A stretch of DNA of 64,000 bases from Octopus sinensis (GCF_006345805.1 NC_043013.1:10106001-10170000); one strand, 5' to 3'; positions 1 to 12,133 are shown, numbered from the stretch's first letter. Made by a program: numbers and translations. Notes: generated by a model not told the origin, from the letters alone.

Positions 1-256
1 ACGTAGAAACAGAAAAAGCCATATATACATATATATATATGTGTGTGCGTGTGTACCTTTTTTGTCCCCCCAACATCACTTGATATCCGATGCTGCTGTG
101 TTTACGTCCCCGTAACTTAGCGGTTCGGCAAAAGGAGACCGAATAGAATAAGTACTAGGCTTACAAAAGAATAAGTCCTGGGGTGGATTTGCTCGACTAA
201 AGGCGATGCTCCAGCATGGCCGCAGTCAAATGACTGAAACAAGCAAATGAGAAAAG
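1..256 (+). mobile_element. SINE family A, 3' module plus internal microsatellite (cut by the window edge)
   Basis: TTTACGTCCCCGTAACTTAGCGGTTCGGCAAAA...CTCCAGCATGGCCGCAGTCAAATGACTGAAACAAG matches the full copies at 27018 and 58278. Confidence 0.85.
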
Positions 257-446
257 ATAGTTTTCCAAGCCTAAAGTCTAGCCTTTTAAGGTTCAACAAT
301 TTATCGTCATTGAAAATAAAATAGGGCACGCATTTTATTTAAATATAAGAAAAGTTGAAAGATATGCAGAGAGTTATATCATGAGATACTTGGAATACCT
401 AATGCATATGAAGACATACGTAGAAACTGGAAAAATTTTCAATTTA

Positions 447-965
447 TTGGTTTGTCCGGAAAATTTGTGCCGATTTATAGTAGCTTACCTGTCGACTTAT
501 TTTAGAAAATGGTTGAGTCCATAAAATAAGTTAGAGCACAGTTTAAGCTATCTTTTCGTGGAAGAAGGTTTATGTTTCTATAACCTGTGTTAATTCTGTA
601 ATCCTTTAAATAGAAGATAAGAAAGTTCATTTTCTACACTTGTTGCTTTGGGAACCAGACAAAAATTGCTGCAGCTCGGCTGGGATGTGTTACCCCACTC
701 TCCATATTCACCAGATTTTGCTCATTCGGATTTCCACTTATTCAGGTCTCTGGAGAATAGTCTTAATGGTAAAAATTTCAATTCCTTGGATGGCGTAAAA
801 AGATTTCTTGATGAATTCTTTGCCATGAAACCACCTTCTGGGAAGAGGGTATTTTCAAGTTAAAGGAAAGATGGAGACGCATTGTGCAAGAAAATGGTTC
901 ATATTTGGTTGATTAAAAATGTAATGGCAAGTATTTTTTGACCTTTTTCTTTCCGGACAACCCAA
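447..965 (+). mobile_element. Internally deleted mariner (mellifera-like), non-autonomous
   Basis: TA flanks; left TIR TTGGTTTGTCCGGAAAA; right end TTTCCGGACAACCCAA; transposase C-terminus GWDVLPHSPYSPDFAHSDFHLFRSL (ORF 648-863). Confidence 0.93.
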
Positions 966-989
966 TATCATATTGACAATTTGGCACCA

Positions 990-1142
990 GGCAATAGTGC
1001 TGAGCAGATACTTAATTATTTATCGACCCAGAAAAACGAAATGCAAAACCTACCTCAGCGGAATTTGCACTCAGTTTGTTAAGAGTAGAAAAAGTCCCAA
1101 TAAGCATTTTGTCCGACGCACGAACGATTATGCTAGCTCACT
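990..1142 (-). mobile_element. SINE family B, degenerate
   Basis: Reverse complement of the family B head and core (TTATCGACCC...GCGGAATTTG...AAGCATTTTGTCCGACG). Confidence 0.7.
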
Positions 1143-1489
1143 ACTTTAATAATAATAATAATTACTATAGCAATTTACATACTTCATCTTTGTTAATGCC
1201 ACTTTCCTTCCTGTTTCAAGATAGGAGATGATATGTATAATGACGTCAGCAATATCTGAATATACTTAATAAAGGTGAACATGCTCCACCTTTAGAATTC
1301 CTCGTGTATTTTTGGTTTTATCATTTTGTTTGTTTCTTTAGTTTTGCTATTGCCTTCATTCAGATATATATATACTTTTAGCTGCGTACGTGACTGCCAT
1401 CACAACACCTTACCTGAACGTGTTTTTTGTGAATGAGTGTATGAATGAGTGCCCATGTGAGCAAGTGTCTGTTTCTCACGATCTCTTTA

Positions 1490-1492
1490 TTA

Positions 1493-1556
<64 letters not shown>
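1490..1556. repeat. (ATT)n microsatellite
   Basis: Direct inspection. Confidence 0.95.
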
Positions 1557-1682
1557 CACTTACTTGAGCTCATAATGTCGGTTACACGATTTCTGTGGAT
1601 TATAAGCGGCTGAAACGACAACACTCCCCCTGAAAGGGTCGTGGGTCCGTCGCAGGTTTCAAGGTCAGCACTTTTGAATTGA

Positions 1683-1850
1683 GAGAACAAATCGATTACA
1701 TCGACCCTAGTACTTCTCTACTACTTTGTTTTATCGATCCCGAAATAATGAAAGGCGAATTTAATCTCGGTGAAATCTGAATTCTGAACAAAAAGAGCCG
1801 GAAGAAAAGCAACTAAGCATTTTGTCCGACCTATATACGATTCTGGCTAC
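1683..1850 (-). mobile_element. SINE family B, degenerate
   Basis: ATCGATTACATCGACCC...ATGAAAGGCGAA...AAGCATTTTGTCCGAC. Confidence 0.7.
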
Positions 1851-2164
1851 AGGATGTCTCTCGGAATCTCAGTTAATATAAATTTGGTGGCAGTTTCGTG
1901 ATGTCTTAGTAAATTTTTTGTTTTCTAAAACATTTGCATATTTTATGGCATGGGAATAGACGATGAAATTAATTGCATTTTAGGGATTAAACTATCAGAT
2001 TAAACTGGTTGTTTAATAACCCCGGAAAGATGAAATACGAGATTGAACAAAGAAAGTAAAAGAATACATCAGCCATTTTGTTCGGCGTTCTACCGGTTTT
2101 GCCATCACACACTCTCGTTGATGACATTGGTATCTTATACAAGCACATAGGTTCAAAATTTGTA

Positions 2165-2875
2165 TAATGAAATAGTCAATTATATTGAACCAGTAACTGA
2201 TTGGTACGTTATTTCATCAGTGTTTGAAAGAATGAAATCCAAAGATGGCATCGTATAATTTATATTGGGTTGTCCGGAAAGTTCGTGCTGATTTATAGTA
2301 GCTTACATTTCGACTTATTTTAGAACATGGTTGAGTCCATAAAATAAGATTTGACTACACCTCCATTTAGAGCACAGTTTAAGCTATCTTTTCGTGGAAG
2401 AATGTTTATGTTCCTGTAACCTGTGTTAATTCTGTAACCCTTTAAAATGGAAGATGAGAAAGTTCATTTTCGGCACTTGATGCTCTGGGAACCAGACAAA
2501 AATTGTTGTAGCTTGGCTGGGATGTGTTACCCCACCCTCCATATTCACTAGATATTGCTCCTTTGGATTTCCACTTATTCAGATCTCTGCAGAATAGTCT
2601 TAATGGCAAAAATTTCAATTCCTTGGATGACGTAAAAAGAGACCTTGATGAATTCTTTGCCATGAAACCGCCTCACTTCTGGGAAGAGGGTATTTTCAAG
2701 TTAAAATAAAGAAGGAGACGCATTGTGCAACAAAATGGTTCATATTTGCTTGATTAAAATGTATTTATTACCTTTTTCTTTCCTTTAAAAATCGGCAAGA
2801 ACTTTCCGGACAACCCAATACTTAGAACGAAAATACCGAAGCAAATACGCAATGCAGTTTGTTTGATCGTAGAAT
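2165..2875 (-). mobile_element. SINE family B remnant split by the mariner insertion at 2265-2818
   Basis: The core (TGGTACGTTATTTCATC...GAAAGAATGAAA) lies left of the mariner; the head (CTTAGAACG...) resumes to its right. Confidence 0.55.
2265..2818 (+). mobile_element. Internally deleted mariner (mellifera-like), non-autonomous, intact TIRs
   Basis: TA-TTGGGTTGTCCGGAAAGTTCGTGCTGATTT ... AAATCGGCAAGAACTTTCCGGACAACCCAA-TA; N-terminal MEDEKVHFRHLMLW fused out of frame to C-terminal TRQKLL.LGWDVLPHPPYSLDIAPLDFHLFRSLQN. Confidence 0.95.
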
Positions 2876-4386
2876 CCTTAGATTCCAGCCAGGTAATAAA
2901 TGAAAATATATATACTGAAGGAAGGTGTAATAGAAGTAATGATGTAACACAGGATGGAAAAACAAAAAAATAGTACATAGTATATTTGCTTAATTATTTG
3001 GTCAGCAGAGTGGTGCGGTGGAAGTACACTGCTCTCGTTACGCAGAGATACCCTAATGTGATCCCTATGCTCTTTTGGGGTAGGTACAAATTCAATTATG
3101 CAATACAACTTTGATTCTTAGTATATAGGATTAACAATATATAATTATATTAACAATACCCTTATTATACATTTTGGCACGAGTTCACATAGTTTCAAAT
3201 GAAATGTTGTGTAGTTATTTGAAACTGGTATTTGAATGTAGACCTTGTCATTTTTTGGGAAGTGGAATGCAAAATATAATGGTGTGTAAATTAATATAGT
3301 ATGGTATTTTCTCCGCCACTCAAGCAATTTCACCATTCAGTAGGTATTGCGATAATAATGTTAATTGTTTCTGATTGAAGCCCAAAGTCAACAATTTTGA
3401 GGGGAGGGATTAATTAATACAACCGACCCAGTGCTTGACTGGCACTTTGTTTCATTAGTACTAAAAGCATGAAAGGTAAAGTTGACGTCTGTGGGTTTTG
3501 AGCTCAAAACATATCTCATTGGAACAAAAACAAAGCATATTTTTCGATGCTCTAATCTGCGACCTCGACATTTTTTATAATAAAATTAATAGTTATTTCT
3601 AAAGTAGACTGGGAGCCAGAAATACTGATGGCGGAGGTCACCATTAAGATACAAAAAATACATCATTGAGATACAAAGGAGGTTATCATTGAGACACAAA
3701 GTTGGTCACTGCATAATTTGTATACAGAATGTAGAACAAGTCTACGTACTGTATACCATTTTGGCTAGGGGTTTACTATTCATAAACTTCTTGTACATCA
3801 TTCCTTTAATGGCCATTTGCATTTGTTCCCGAGGCTTAATACAGACGCTTTGCCAAGAAGTGGGTACAACCGGGTTATATCCAAATGAAGGACACATTTG
3901 ATTATGTGGTCCTAGATACACTGTTACTGAATAAAAAGTGGGCTTATCATGCCTGGAACATATTTCCTCCTGAGCCTTTTGAAACATAGCTGATCTAAGC
4001 TTAAAGGCAACGGGAGTATTTAGAAATAATTTCTTTTTACTTCTTTATTGGCACATGGCCGTGAGGATATAACTTTTATCCACAAATTTTGCGGGTGCCG
4101 CGATATACGAAGTTATCAGTCTTATCGTTAAAGACACGAAACTGAGCGTGAGTAGTTTTGGTCGATAACTGATGAAGAATTAGGGTCCTACTATGTCTAT
4201 CATAGGTGTACGTTTTGTAGTATTTAATGCTCTTTTCATTTATTGAAAACTGAAATACACGCATCCCGACTTTTATATATATATATGGATCTAGATTGCA
4301 AGGTAATATATCAAATATGAATTATTCAAATATGGGTCCTCAAGTTCATGTGTATTAAGAGTTATGAGCAACATTTATTTATCAAG

Positions 4387-5170
4387 TTACGTATGATCTG
4401 GATTGATATATGTGAGTGTGTATTTAGCTGCGTGTAAGAATCTGGGTAATTGTTTAGTGAATTTATTTATTATGTGCTCCTTCTTTAGCATTATCGAGAG
4501 TGACTCCTCGGAACATAATTGACATTTGCGGGATATAGAGTTGTAGGGACTCGCGTGTCTATGTATGCACCATGTAAGGTCGTATTTTGTCTTTGCCTCC
4601 TTAAGCCTCCAGATAAAATTGGCCAGTGATGTTACATGTTGTTTAAGGATATTTCGGAAGCTGGCGATATGGTTGCAGAATCGATTTTTGATAAAATTGG
4701 CTGATGCCCCACTTATATACGTAGGAACCTCCTCTAGTGTTTATAGTGCACTTGTATACCACGTTCTTAGTCATGCATTGGTTATCCAAAGGGTAACTGA
4801 ATCTATCTCTGCATGAGCATAACTTTTTGATTTTGTTGGCTTGTGTACATCGAGCGGTGGAAGGATTGGTTCTGTTCGGTATTTTGGTTGTGAGTATTAT
4901 CGTTTTTATTATCACTAGGTGTTCTCAGTTTATCATTTGAATTGTTGCTGTGTTTTGGGTGGTTATCATGGATAATTCAATTATTGCTCTGTTGGTTGGT
5001 AGTATAATTCGAGTTATAAACGTCGTTTTTAGGTTGGTCATATGAGTTATGGTTGATGTCAACAAAATTACTTTGAGTGCTGACTAATTTTTGCCTCACT
5101 TTACACCAACGAAGTTCCTGCAATAAATCTTCGGATAACAACAGGTAATCGAAAATGTGCCGGTGCTTTA
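4387..5170 (-). mobile_element. Penelope-like element, 3' fragment encoding a GIY-YIG endonuclease (frameshifted)
   Basis: Minus strand reads CSCRDRFSYPLDNQCMTKNVVYKCTI..., then after a frameshift FCNHIASFRN...SLANFIWRLKE...TWCI...PYNSISRKCQLCSEE...IINK, ending at TAA 4387. The Cys-rich linker, VVY-YxG and CxLCxxE pattern is typical of PLE endonucleases. Confidence 0.8.
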
Positions 5171-5204
5171 CTCATCACCTATTTATACATTTTGTATAAT
5201 TTCC

Positions 5205-5279
5205 CCATTATATGTATATATATGTATATATATATGTATATATATATATATAATATATATATATATATGTGTGTGTATG

Positions 5280-5316
<37 letters not shown>

Positions 5317-5322
5317 GTGTGT

Positions 5323-5353
<31 letters not shown>

Positions 5354-5420
5354 AGTTTGTGTGTGCGTGTGTGTGTGAGTGTGTGTGTGTATCTGTGTAT
5401 ATATTATTGTGTGCATGTAT
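5205..5420. repeat. Compound (TA)n(TG)n microsatellite
   Basis: Direct inspection; followed by a degenerate family A 3' module (5447-5585). Confidence 0.9.
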
Positions 5421-5919
5421 GTGTCTTTGTGTTTTTCCCACACCACTGCGGTTCAACAAAAGAGACCGATAGAATATGTACAAGACAGGACTCAAAAGCA
5501 ATAATAATAAGTTCTGGGGACAAATTGCTCGCTTGGTCCCTCCAAGGCCGTGCACCTAGCAGTCCGCCATTTAAGGGCTAACAAGTAAAATAATAAAGCA
5601 TCTGTAGAATCTGAAAGCACAGGTACTTTAATTGCAGAATGTAAATGGACTTAATACATCCGGATCTACCTACCGTTGCACTATTCTACTAATCTTAATA
5701 ACAGTAATATAACAGATAGACATCTGTAAGCTGCAATATATTTTGATATCTAGCGAATAAAATTAATTTAAGTCATCAAAAAACAATTTATCTAATGTAA
5801 GCAAATGACGCTATTTTTGTCTTATGTTCTTTGATTAATCTTTTTTCAATACAATCACATTATACAACGTAGATTTAATCTATTTATCACCTTCATCTCT
5901 TTACTGTCACTCCCTCTGT

Positions 5920-5927
5920 ATCTCTTT

Positions 5928-5967
<40 letters not shown>

Positions 5968-6134
5968 TTGTCTTTGTCTCACTCTGTCTCTCTGGACGTT
6001 ATCTTCTTTCTCTGCAAAATTTTATCCCGTGCAACTTCAGACTTTATTTCTCTGTGTTACTCACTCTTCCAATATGCTTTTCACGGTCTATACCTCTCTC
6101 TCTCTCTTTCTCTCTCTCTTTCTGTCCCTCTCTG

Positions 6135-6172
<38 letters not shown>

Positions 6173-6607
6173 GTTCTCTCACTGATTCTGTCTCTCTCTT
6201 TCTCCCTCTTTCTCTCTCTGTTCTTTTCTCTCTTTCTCTATTCTATGCGCTCTCTCCTTATGTTCTATCTCTCCCTATCCTATCGTACTCTGTGTCCATT
6301 TTTACTTTCTCATTACCTTTCTGTGTATCCCTCTCTCTTTGTACGCTCTCTAAATTTATGCCTTACACTCTCTCCCACTTTCTGTCTCTCACAAACATTC
6401 TATCCTATTCTCAATTTCCATCCTTCTCTTTCTCTCTCTCCTTCTCTCTCTCATCCTTTTCTATCGAAACCTATTTCTCTCATTTATCATATGCTGTCCT
6501 TTCTCACATTCACTATATTTTCGTGTTTATCTCTTCCATCTTATATGACTCTCACTGTCTATGCTTTAATTTATCTCTCACTCTCTCTGCTCCCCGCTCT
6601 ATCTTTT

Positions 6608-6642
<35 letters not shown>
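5920..6642. repeat. Degenerate (CT)n polypyrimidine tract of about 720 bp
   Basis: Direct inspection; source of the Leu/Ser pseudo-ORFs 5968-6669 and 6029-6655. Confidence 0.9.
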
Positions 6643-6646
<4 letters not shown>

Positions 6647-6889
6647 GTTTATTAATAAATACTAACTGAAGTCGAAGAAGTTCAATGAGAAACAGTTTAT
6701 ATTAGCCAATAAAATAAATATGGTGTCGTTACAATATTGCCAAAATAATCAAGTTAGAATAAAATTCGGAAGTAGTTGGTTATTTCTATTGACATATTAT
6801 CAAAAATATGCAGGAAAAGAAAATATATAAACGATGAAATTTTATCTCACAAAAACGCAAAACATAAAAAAAAACATCCCGTATATATA

Positions 6890-7305
6890 TGTTTTATCTT
6901 TTATCTTTTGCCTTTTGTTATTTAATTGTTTCAGTCATTTGACTACGGCCAGGCTGTAGTTCAATCTTGAAGGGTTTTAGTCAAACAAATCGATGCCATG
7001 GCAGTTTTAAAAGCCTATTACTTATTCTATCGGTCTCTTTTGCCAAACTGTTAAGTGACAGAAAAGTAAACACACCAACACCTTTTGTCAAGCGGTGATG
7101 AAGAGACAAATATAGATACAAAGACACGCGCACGTAAATATATACATATAAATATATATAAATATACGACAGTCTTCTTTCAGTTTCCTTCTAGTAAATC
7201 CACTCACAAGGCTTTGGTCGGCCCAAGGCTATAATAGAAGACAACTGCCACACAACGGACTGAACCTGGAACAATGCCGTAGGGAAGCGAGTTTCTTACC
7301 ACACT
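6890..7305 (-). mobile_element. SINE family A, near full length, diverged
   Basis: GTTTCAGTCATTTGACT...TATTCTATCGGTCTCTTTTGCC...AAATCCACTCACAAGGCTTTGGTCGGCCC...CTTACCACAC. Confidence 0.85.
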
Positions 7306-7391
7306 AACACGCATATATATGTATGTATATACGGAACCTTGTTACGCTTTTACTTTTTTTCAGATTAAATTTCATCGCTCATATATTTTCG

Positions 7392-7481
<90 letters not shown>

Positions 7482-7595
7482 AGACAGACAGAGACAGAGT
7501 GAGATACATACATGTGTATATATATATACTTACATATATATTTATACATGTATATTTATACATACATATTTATATATATGCACCCGTACATGTTC

Positions 7596-7863
7596 AGATT
7601 AGACGAAGGAAATGGAGATGGATCGGACACACACTGCGGAAAGAACCCTCAAACGTGACACAACAAGCACTTGACTGGAACCCCCTGGGGAAAAGAAAGC
7701 GAGGACACCCGAAGCAGACATGGAAGCCGAGCATTTTGGACGAGCTCAGGACCACCGTTGTGACATGGGAAGCAGCCAAGTAACACACCAATGACCGCAA
7801 AAAGTGGAACACAACTGTTGAGGCCCTATGCTCCACAAGGGGAAAAAGTATTAAGAAGAAGAA
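7596..7863 (+). mobile_element. RTE-clade LINE 3' end
   Basis: QIRRRKWRWIGHTLRK...QALDWNPLGKRKRGHPKQTW...DRKKW..VEALCSTRG followed by an (AAG)n tail. Confidence 0.85.
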
Positions 7864-8044
7864 AACCCGTACATACGTATTTATATGTGTATGTGTGTGT
7901 CCGTGTGTGTGTACACACAGACATGGCAGAAGTAAATAAGCAACTCATAAGACATTGTTTGGTGTTTATTTTAATTTGGAATGGTTCATATTTTTAATTA
8001 ATGGACATTTTTATGTTTCAGTTTCTATATGTGACATTTTAATC

Positions 8045-8510
8045 ATGCCATGTACAAAAGAAGCCTTGGAATAATCCAAATTTAAAAGCGGCCGTATTTT
8101 GAGTCAATCTGAAGGTGGACTTAGCATCAAATCGCAGAAAGCCTTGGGATCCCGCTTTCTACAGTTAATATGGTGATTGTGCAATTCACCAGAGAGGAGA
8201 AGGGGTCCACTTCACCTTGCCCAAGTTGACATTGGCCTTCTGAAATGACCCTTTGTTTTGTTAAGTGAAGTGTGGAGGAGAATCCTTATCGCAAGGCCTC
8301 TGACATAACAGAACAAGTTAATGTCAGTTCAAGAACAGCTGTCAGGTATTTCCACAAACTTGGCTACAATGGCAGAGCTGCAAGAAGGAACCAACTTCTT
8401 TAGCCAACCAATATCAAGCGAAGAAAATATTGGGTCAGTGAGATGATGATGTGGACGCTAGCAATTTGGGACACTATCATATTCTCTGATGAGTCAAGAT
8501 TTGCTGTATG
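8045..8510 (+). mobile_element. Tc1-like transposase fossil, N-terminal half
   Basis: [18 protein letters not shown]; NVSSRTAVRYFHKLGYNGRAARR; WDTIIFSDESRF (first catalytic Asp); contains stops and frameshifts. Confidence 0.8.
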
Positions 8511-8610
8511 TACATCGTATTAGTATTGATAGTAAGCCTTCAATAATTAAATTATGCTAAACTGCGACCAGTCTTTAGGTCCTTACAAATAATAATCCCA
8601 CCAGCCTTCC

Positions 8611-8755
8611 ACGAGGGAGAGCTGAATATTTTCTGACTTTGAGCTAAAGAAAATACATGATTTTATTCAACATATTCACCATATTCCTCTCTCAGATTTA
8701 CACGCTTATTGTAGCGGCCCTTGAATTTTTGTAACCTCTGTAAAAGAACTCGGAA
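8611..8755 (+). mobile_element. Irritans-type mariner MITE, truncated
   Basis: Starts ACGAGGGAGAGCTGAA; the interior is homologous to the inverted copy at 57245-57466. Confidence 0.65.
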
Positions 8756-8921
8756 CTAGGGTCGGTGTAATCGATTTATCCCCTCCGACAGTATTGCTGC
8801 TCTTGTACTAAAAGTTGAAATCAATATTTTCGAACCTACTATATTATATACGTGAGAGCCTACCATTTACTTGTTTAGAATACAGAAGGCTCCCCTGCGC
8901 TATGTGTGTATGTATATTATA

Positions 8922-9006
<85 letters not shown>

Positions 9007-9046
9007 CATACATATATATTGCCTTGTGACAGTTACGTCTCTTTGT

Positions 9047-9200
9047 GTTCAGAATTTAAAATCTCGTTAAAGCCATATTTACCTTTCATCGTCCCAGGGT
9101 CGATAAAATAATGTTGGTGGCAAAGGTCAAGTATTAGGGTCACTGTAATCGACTATTCTCCACCCATCTCAAAAATTTTGTGTCCTTCGTCCAGTGTAGA
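9047..9200 (+). mobile_element. SINE family B, degenerate core and tail
   Basis: TTACCTTTCATCGTCCCAGGGTCGATAAAATAA...GTAATCGACTA. Confidence 0.6.
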
Positions 9201-9832
9201 ATTCATTATATTTCGTGTTCACCAAAGATTTGTTTACAAGTTGTGGCAGGAATGACGAGACGGAAATTCTCATTAAAGTCGCTAACTTGTAATGGCAGGC
9301 GTTGATATCGAAGTGATATCGTGATGTTACATCGAGTAAACCCCTCAAACAAGAAGACAATTATCTAAGTTGACCGTCTCGGTATTTATCAGGCTTGAAT
9401 AAACGGGTTCTGTTTTGAATGTGCCCTGTTCCCCAAAAAGATAAATACATAAATAAATAAAATCATGACAAGAAAAGTGAAAGAAATACTAATATAAAAC
9501 TAAAAAGGATGTATGTTTTTATTGCGTTGCAAGGTGATATGAGGAGAAGTTGTTGAAAAGACTAGCATCACGTCAGCTGTTGACGAGTAATCGCAATGTT
9601 GTTCTCTTTATATCCTGGTATTGATTACTGAAGTTTTGCATAGATATAAAAATTGTCACACTTTTCTATGTAACAAACAGTTACGATTGAAATAGCTGTT
9701 ACATTTCTACATTTACTGAAATAAGTAAACAAATAAATAAATGAAATAAAATAAAATAAACTTACAAAATCAAGAAAAAAAAAGAAAAAGATTTCAACCA
9801 AAAAAAAATGGTATTTTTCGAAAAACGCAACG

Positions 9833-9990
9833 ATGGCAGTGTAGTAAGATGTTTGCTGCTGAACCTTATGGTTCAGCGTTCACCACCAACTGTGGGGTAC
9901 CTTCGGGTGAGTGTCTTCTACTATTGCTCCGGGCCGACCAAAGCATTATAATTGAATTTGGCAGACATAAATTGAAAAGCCGTCTCATGT
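9833..9990 (+). mobile_element. SINE family A 5' module, diverged
   Basis: GTGTCTTCTACTATTGCTCCGGGCCGACCAAAGC. Confidence 0.75.
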
Positions 9991-10253
9991 GTGTGTGTGT
10001 GAGTGTGTGTGTGAGTGTGAGTGCGTGTGCATATGTGTATATGTTACTGTAACATAGGGGTCTGCCAATACAAATTGATAAATAATTTTCAGACTTTTAA
10101 ATAATAAGTCCTTTAGACGATTAAAGGTGGTGCCCCAACTATTTAAAACAATGACATTGCAATATTTCCCGTTGATTTCTTCTGCAGAAAAAAACACAGT
10201 TAAGTACAAGTACTAAAATTTAAGGTGTTGCACCAACAGCAACAACAAAATTT

Positions 10254-10642
10254 GTGTGATAAGAAGCTTGATTCCCAACCTCATCGTTCCGGGTTCCGGG
10301 TTCAGTTCCACTGCGTAGCACCTTGGTCAAATGTATTTTACTATAGCCTCAGGCCGACCAAAGCCTTGTGAGTGAATTTGGTAGATGGAAACTGAAAGAA
10401 GCCCGTCCTATATATACTTATATATTTATGTGTTTGTGTTTGTCCTCCCGTCGTCGCTTGACAGTCGATATTGGTGTGTTTAGGTCCCCGTAACTTAGAG
10501 GTTCGACAAAAGAGACCGATATAATAAGTATTAGGCTTACAAAGAATAAATCCTGGGGTCGATTTCTTCGATTAACACCCTTTTGAGGTGGTGCTCCAGC
10601 ATGGCTGCAATCGAATGACTGAAACAAATAAAAGAATAAAAA
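10254..10642 (+). mobile_element. SINE family A, near full length
   Basis: Both modules present with a short internal TA/TG spacer. Confidence 0.9.
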
Positions 10643-11413
10643 ATATAAAGTAAAATAAATGATAGCGATAATGATAATTGATCTCAAAATCGGCAAAGGA
10701 GAGAACTCTGGTAACTAGCTAAGTATAATATCATACTATCTCGCCTTGTATTACTCCCACGAGCAGTTATTCTAGAATCTGGAGTAGAAAAAACGGAAAG
10801 TACCTCACAGCATGATAGCTGGTCGTTGTCAGCATAACATTTAAGCCTTAGTATGATGTTTTGTTCTGACAGAAATAGCACTTAGAAATACATGAAACAC
10901 CAGGGTTGGAAGAACTCATCGAATAATGAAACCAGGAAAAAATAAGTAGAGTTCACAGATGAAATGCATTTAGTCATAGTTATACGCGATCAGGGTTGGA
11001 TGACCTGCGGCTAAACAAAAGCTACAACACAGGGACACCGACGAAGCCACTGTTTTGTTGTTTTCGAGGAAATTACACAACTTTCCCTCAAATTACAGTA
11101 TTGCATCTTACAGCTCTAAGATGCAACACTGTAGACAGTGTGATTCAAGGTAGACTATACCTCAAGAAACAAATCGAAATTATTGGGTTAGAATACTTTC
11201 TTTCATCATAAATTTGCTAAATTAAAACCGTCATTGGGTTAGTCAATGATAAACAATGCCATAGATATGCATTCTTAATACGTTCTTCAAAACTCGAACG
11301 TGAATATGCTAAACGCTGTGATATTTCGTATTCAGGGAAGAACTTCTCTCAGTTAATGTATGTTCACAGTACACTCGATTTATTGAGGTAAAGGAACTAA
11401 GAGAAACCCCAAT

Positions 11414-11439
11414 GTTTCGACATCGTTGCGTCTCTTCAG
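11414..11439 (-). ncRNA. Hammerhead-ribozyme-like core (candidate, probably degenerate)
   Basis: Minus strand CTGAAGA-GAC-GCAACGAT-GTC-GAAAC has a perfect core and a 3-bp stem II; stems I and III are not convincing. Confidence 0.4.
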
Positions 11440-11692
11440 TTCAAGGAATCTTCGGATCAATAAATCTAAACAAGGATTGTGGCTCTTGTTTCCCGAAGTC
11501 AGCAAACAAATTACTTATAGATACGTGCTGATGTCTACCAAACACATTGTAAATCTAGTACAGAGTTCAAACAAGGACGTACATGGTCGTTTTTAATTCA
11601 AATGTGTTTATGTTAATTGCTTTATATTTAGTCTTTGGAGAACAACTTCTCTTTACAGATATGTGTTCACAACATACGCGATTTACTTAAAT

Positions 11693-11890
11693 ATTGGCTC
11701 AAGGCGAACAATTTCGGGGGAAGAAGAAAGTTCATTACATCGATCCCAGTACTCAACTGGTACTTATTCTATCCACCCCGAATGGAGTACAGGCAAAGTC
11801 AACCCCGGAGGAATTTGAACTCAGAACGTAAAGACGGACAAAATGCTGCTAAAACAGTTCGCCCGCCGTACACGTGATTTTGCCAGCTTA
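11693..11890 (-). mobile_element. SINE family B monomer
   Basis: Reverse complement of head (GAGTTCAAATTCC B-box-like), core and short tail. Confidence 0.85.
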
Positions 11891-11914
11891 CAGAAACTCC
11901 GTACCAAAATATTA

Positions 11915-12133
11915 ATAATCCTTTCTATAATAGGCACAAGGCCTGGAATTTGGGGGAGAGGGATGGTGGATTACATCGACCCCAGTAAACAAATGGTACT
12001 TATTTCATTGAATCCGAAAGGATGAAAGGTAAAACGGACCTCGGCGGAATCTGAAATCAGAACGTAAAGGCGGACGAAATGCCGCAAAGCAGTTCGTCCG
12101 CCATGCTGACAATTCTGTCAGCTCACCGCCGCC
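11915..12133 (-). mobile_element. SINE family B monomer
   Basis: CCGAAAGGATGAAAGGTAAAACGGACCTCGGCGGAATCTGAAATCAGAACG. Confidence 0.85.

Noticed and set aside
5968-6669. 233-aa Leu/Ser ORF
   Set aside because: Translation of a (CT)n tract
8485-8500. CTGATGAG hammerhead half-site
   Set aside because: It is the coding sequence of the Tc1 SDES motif, with no matching GAAA stem
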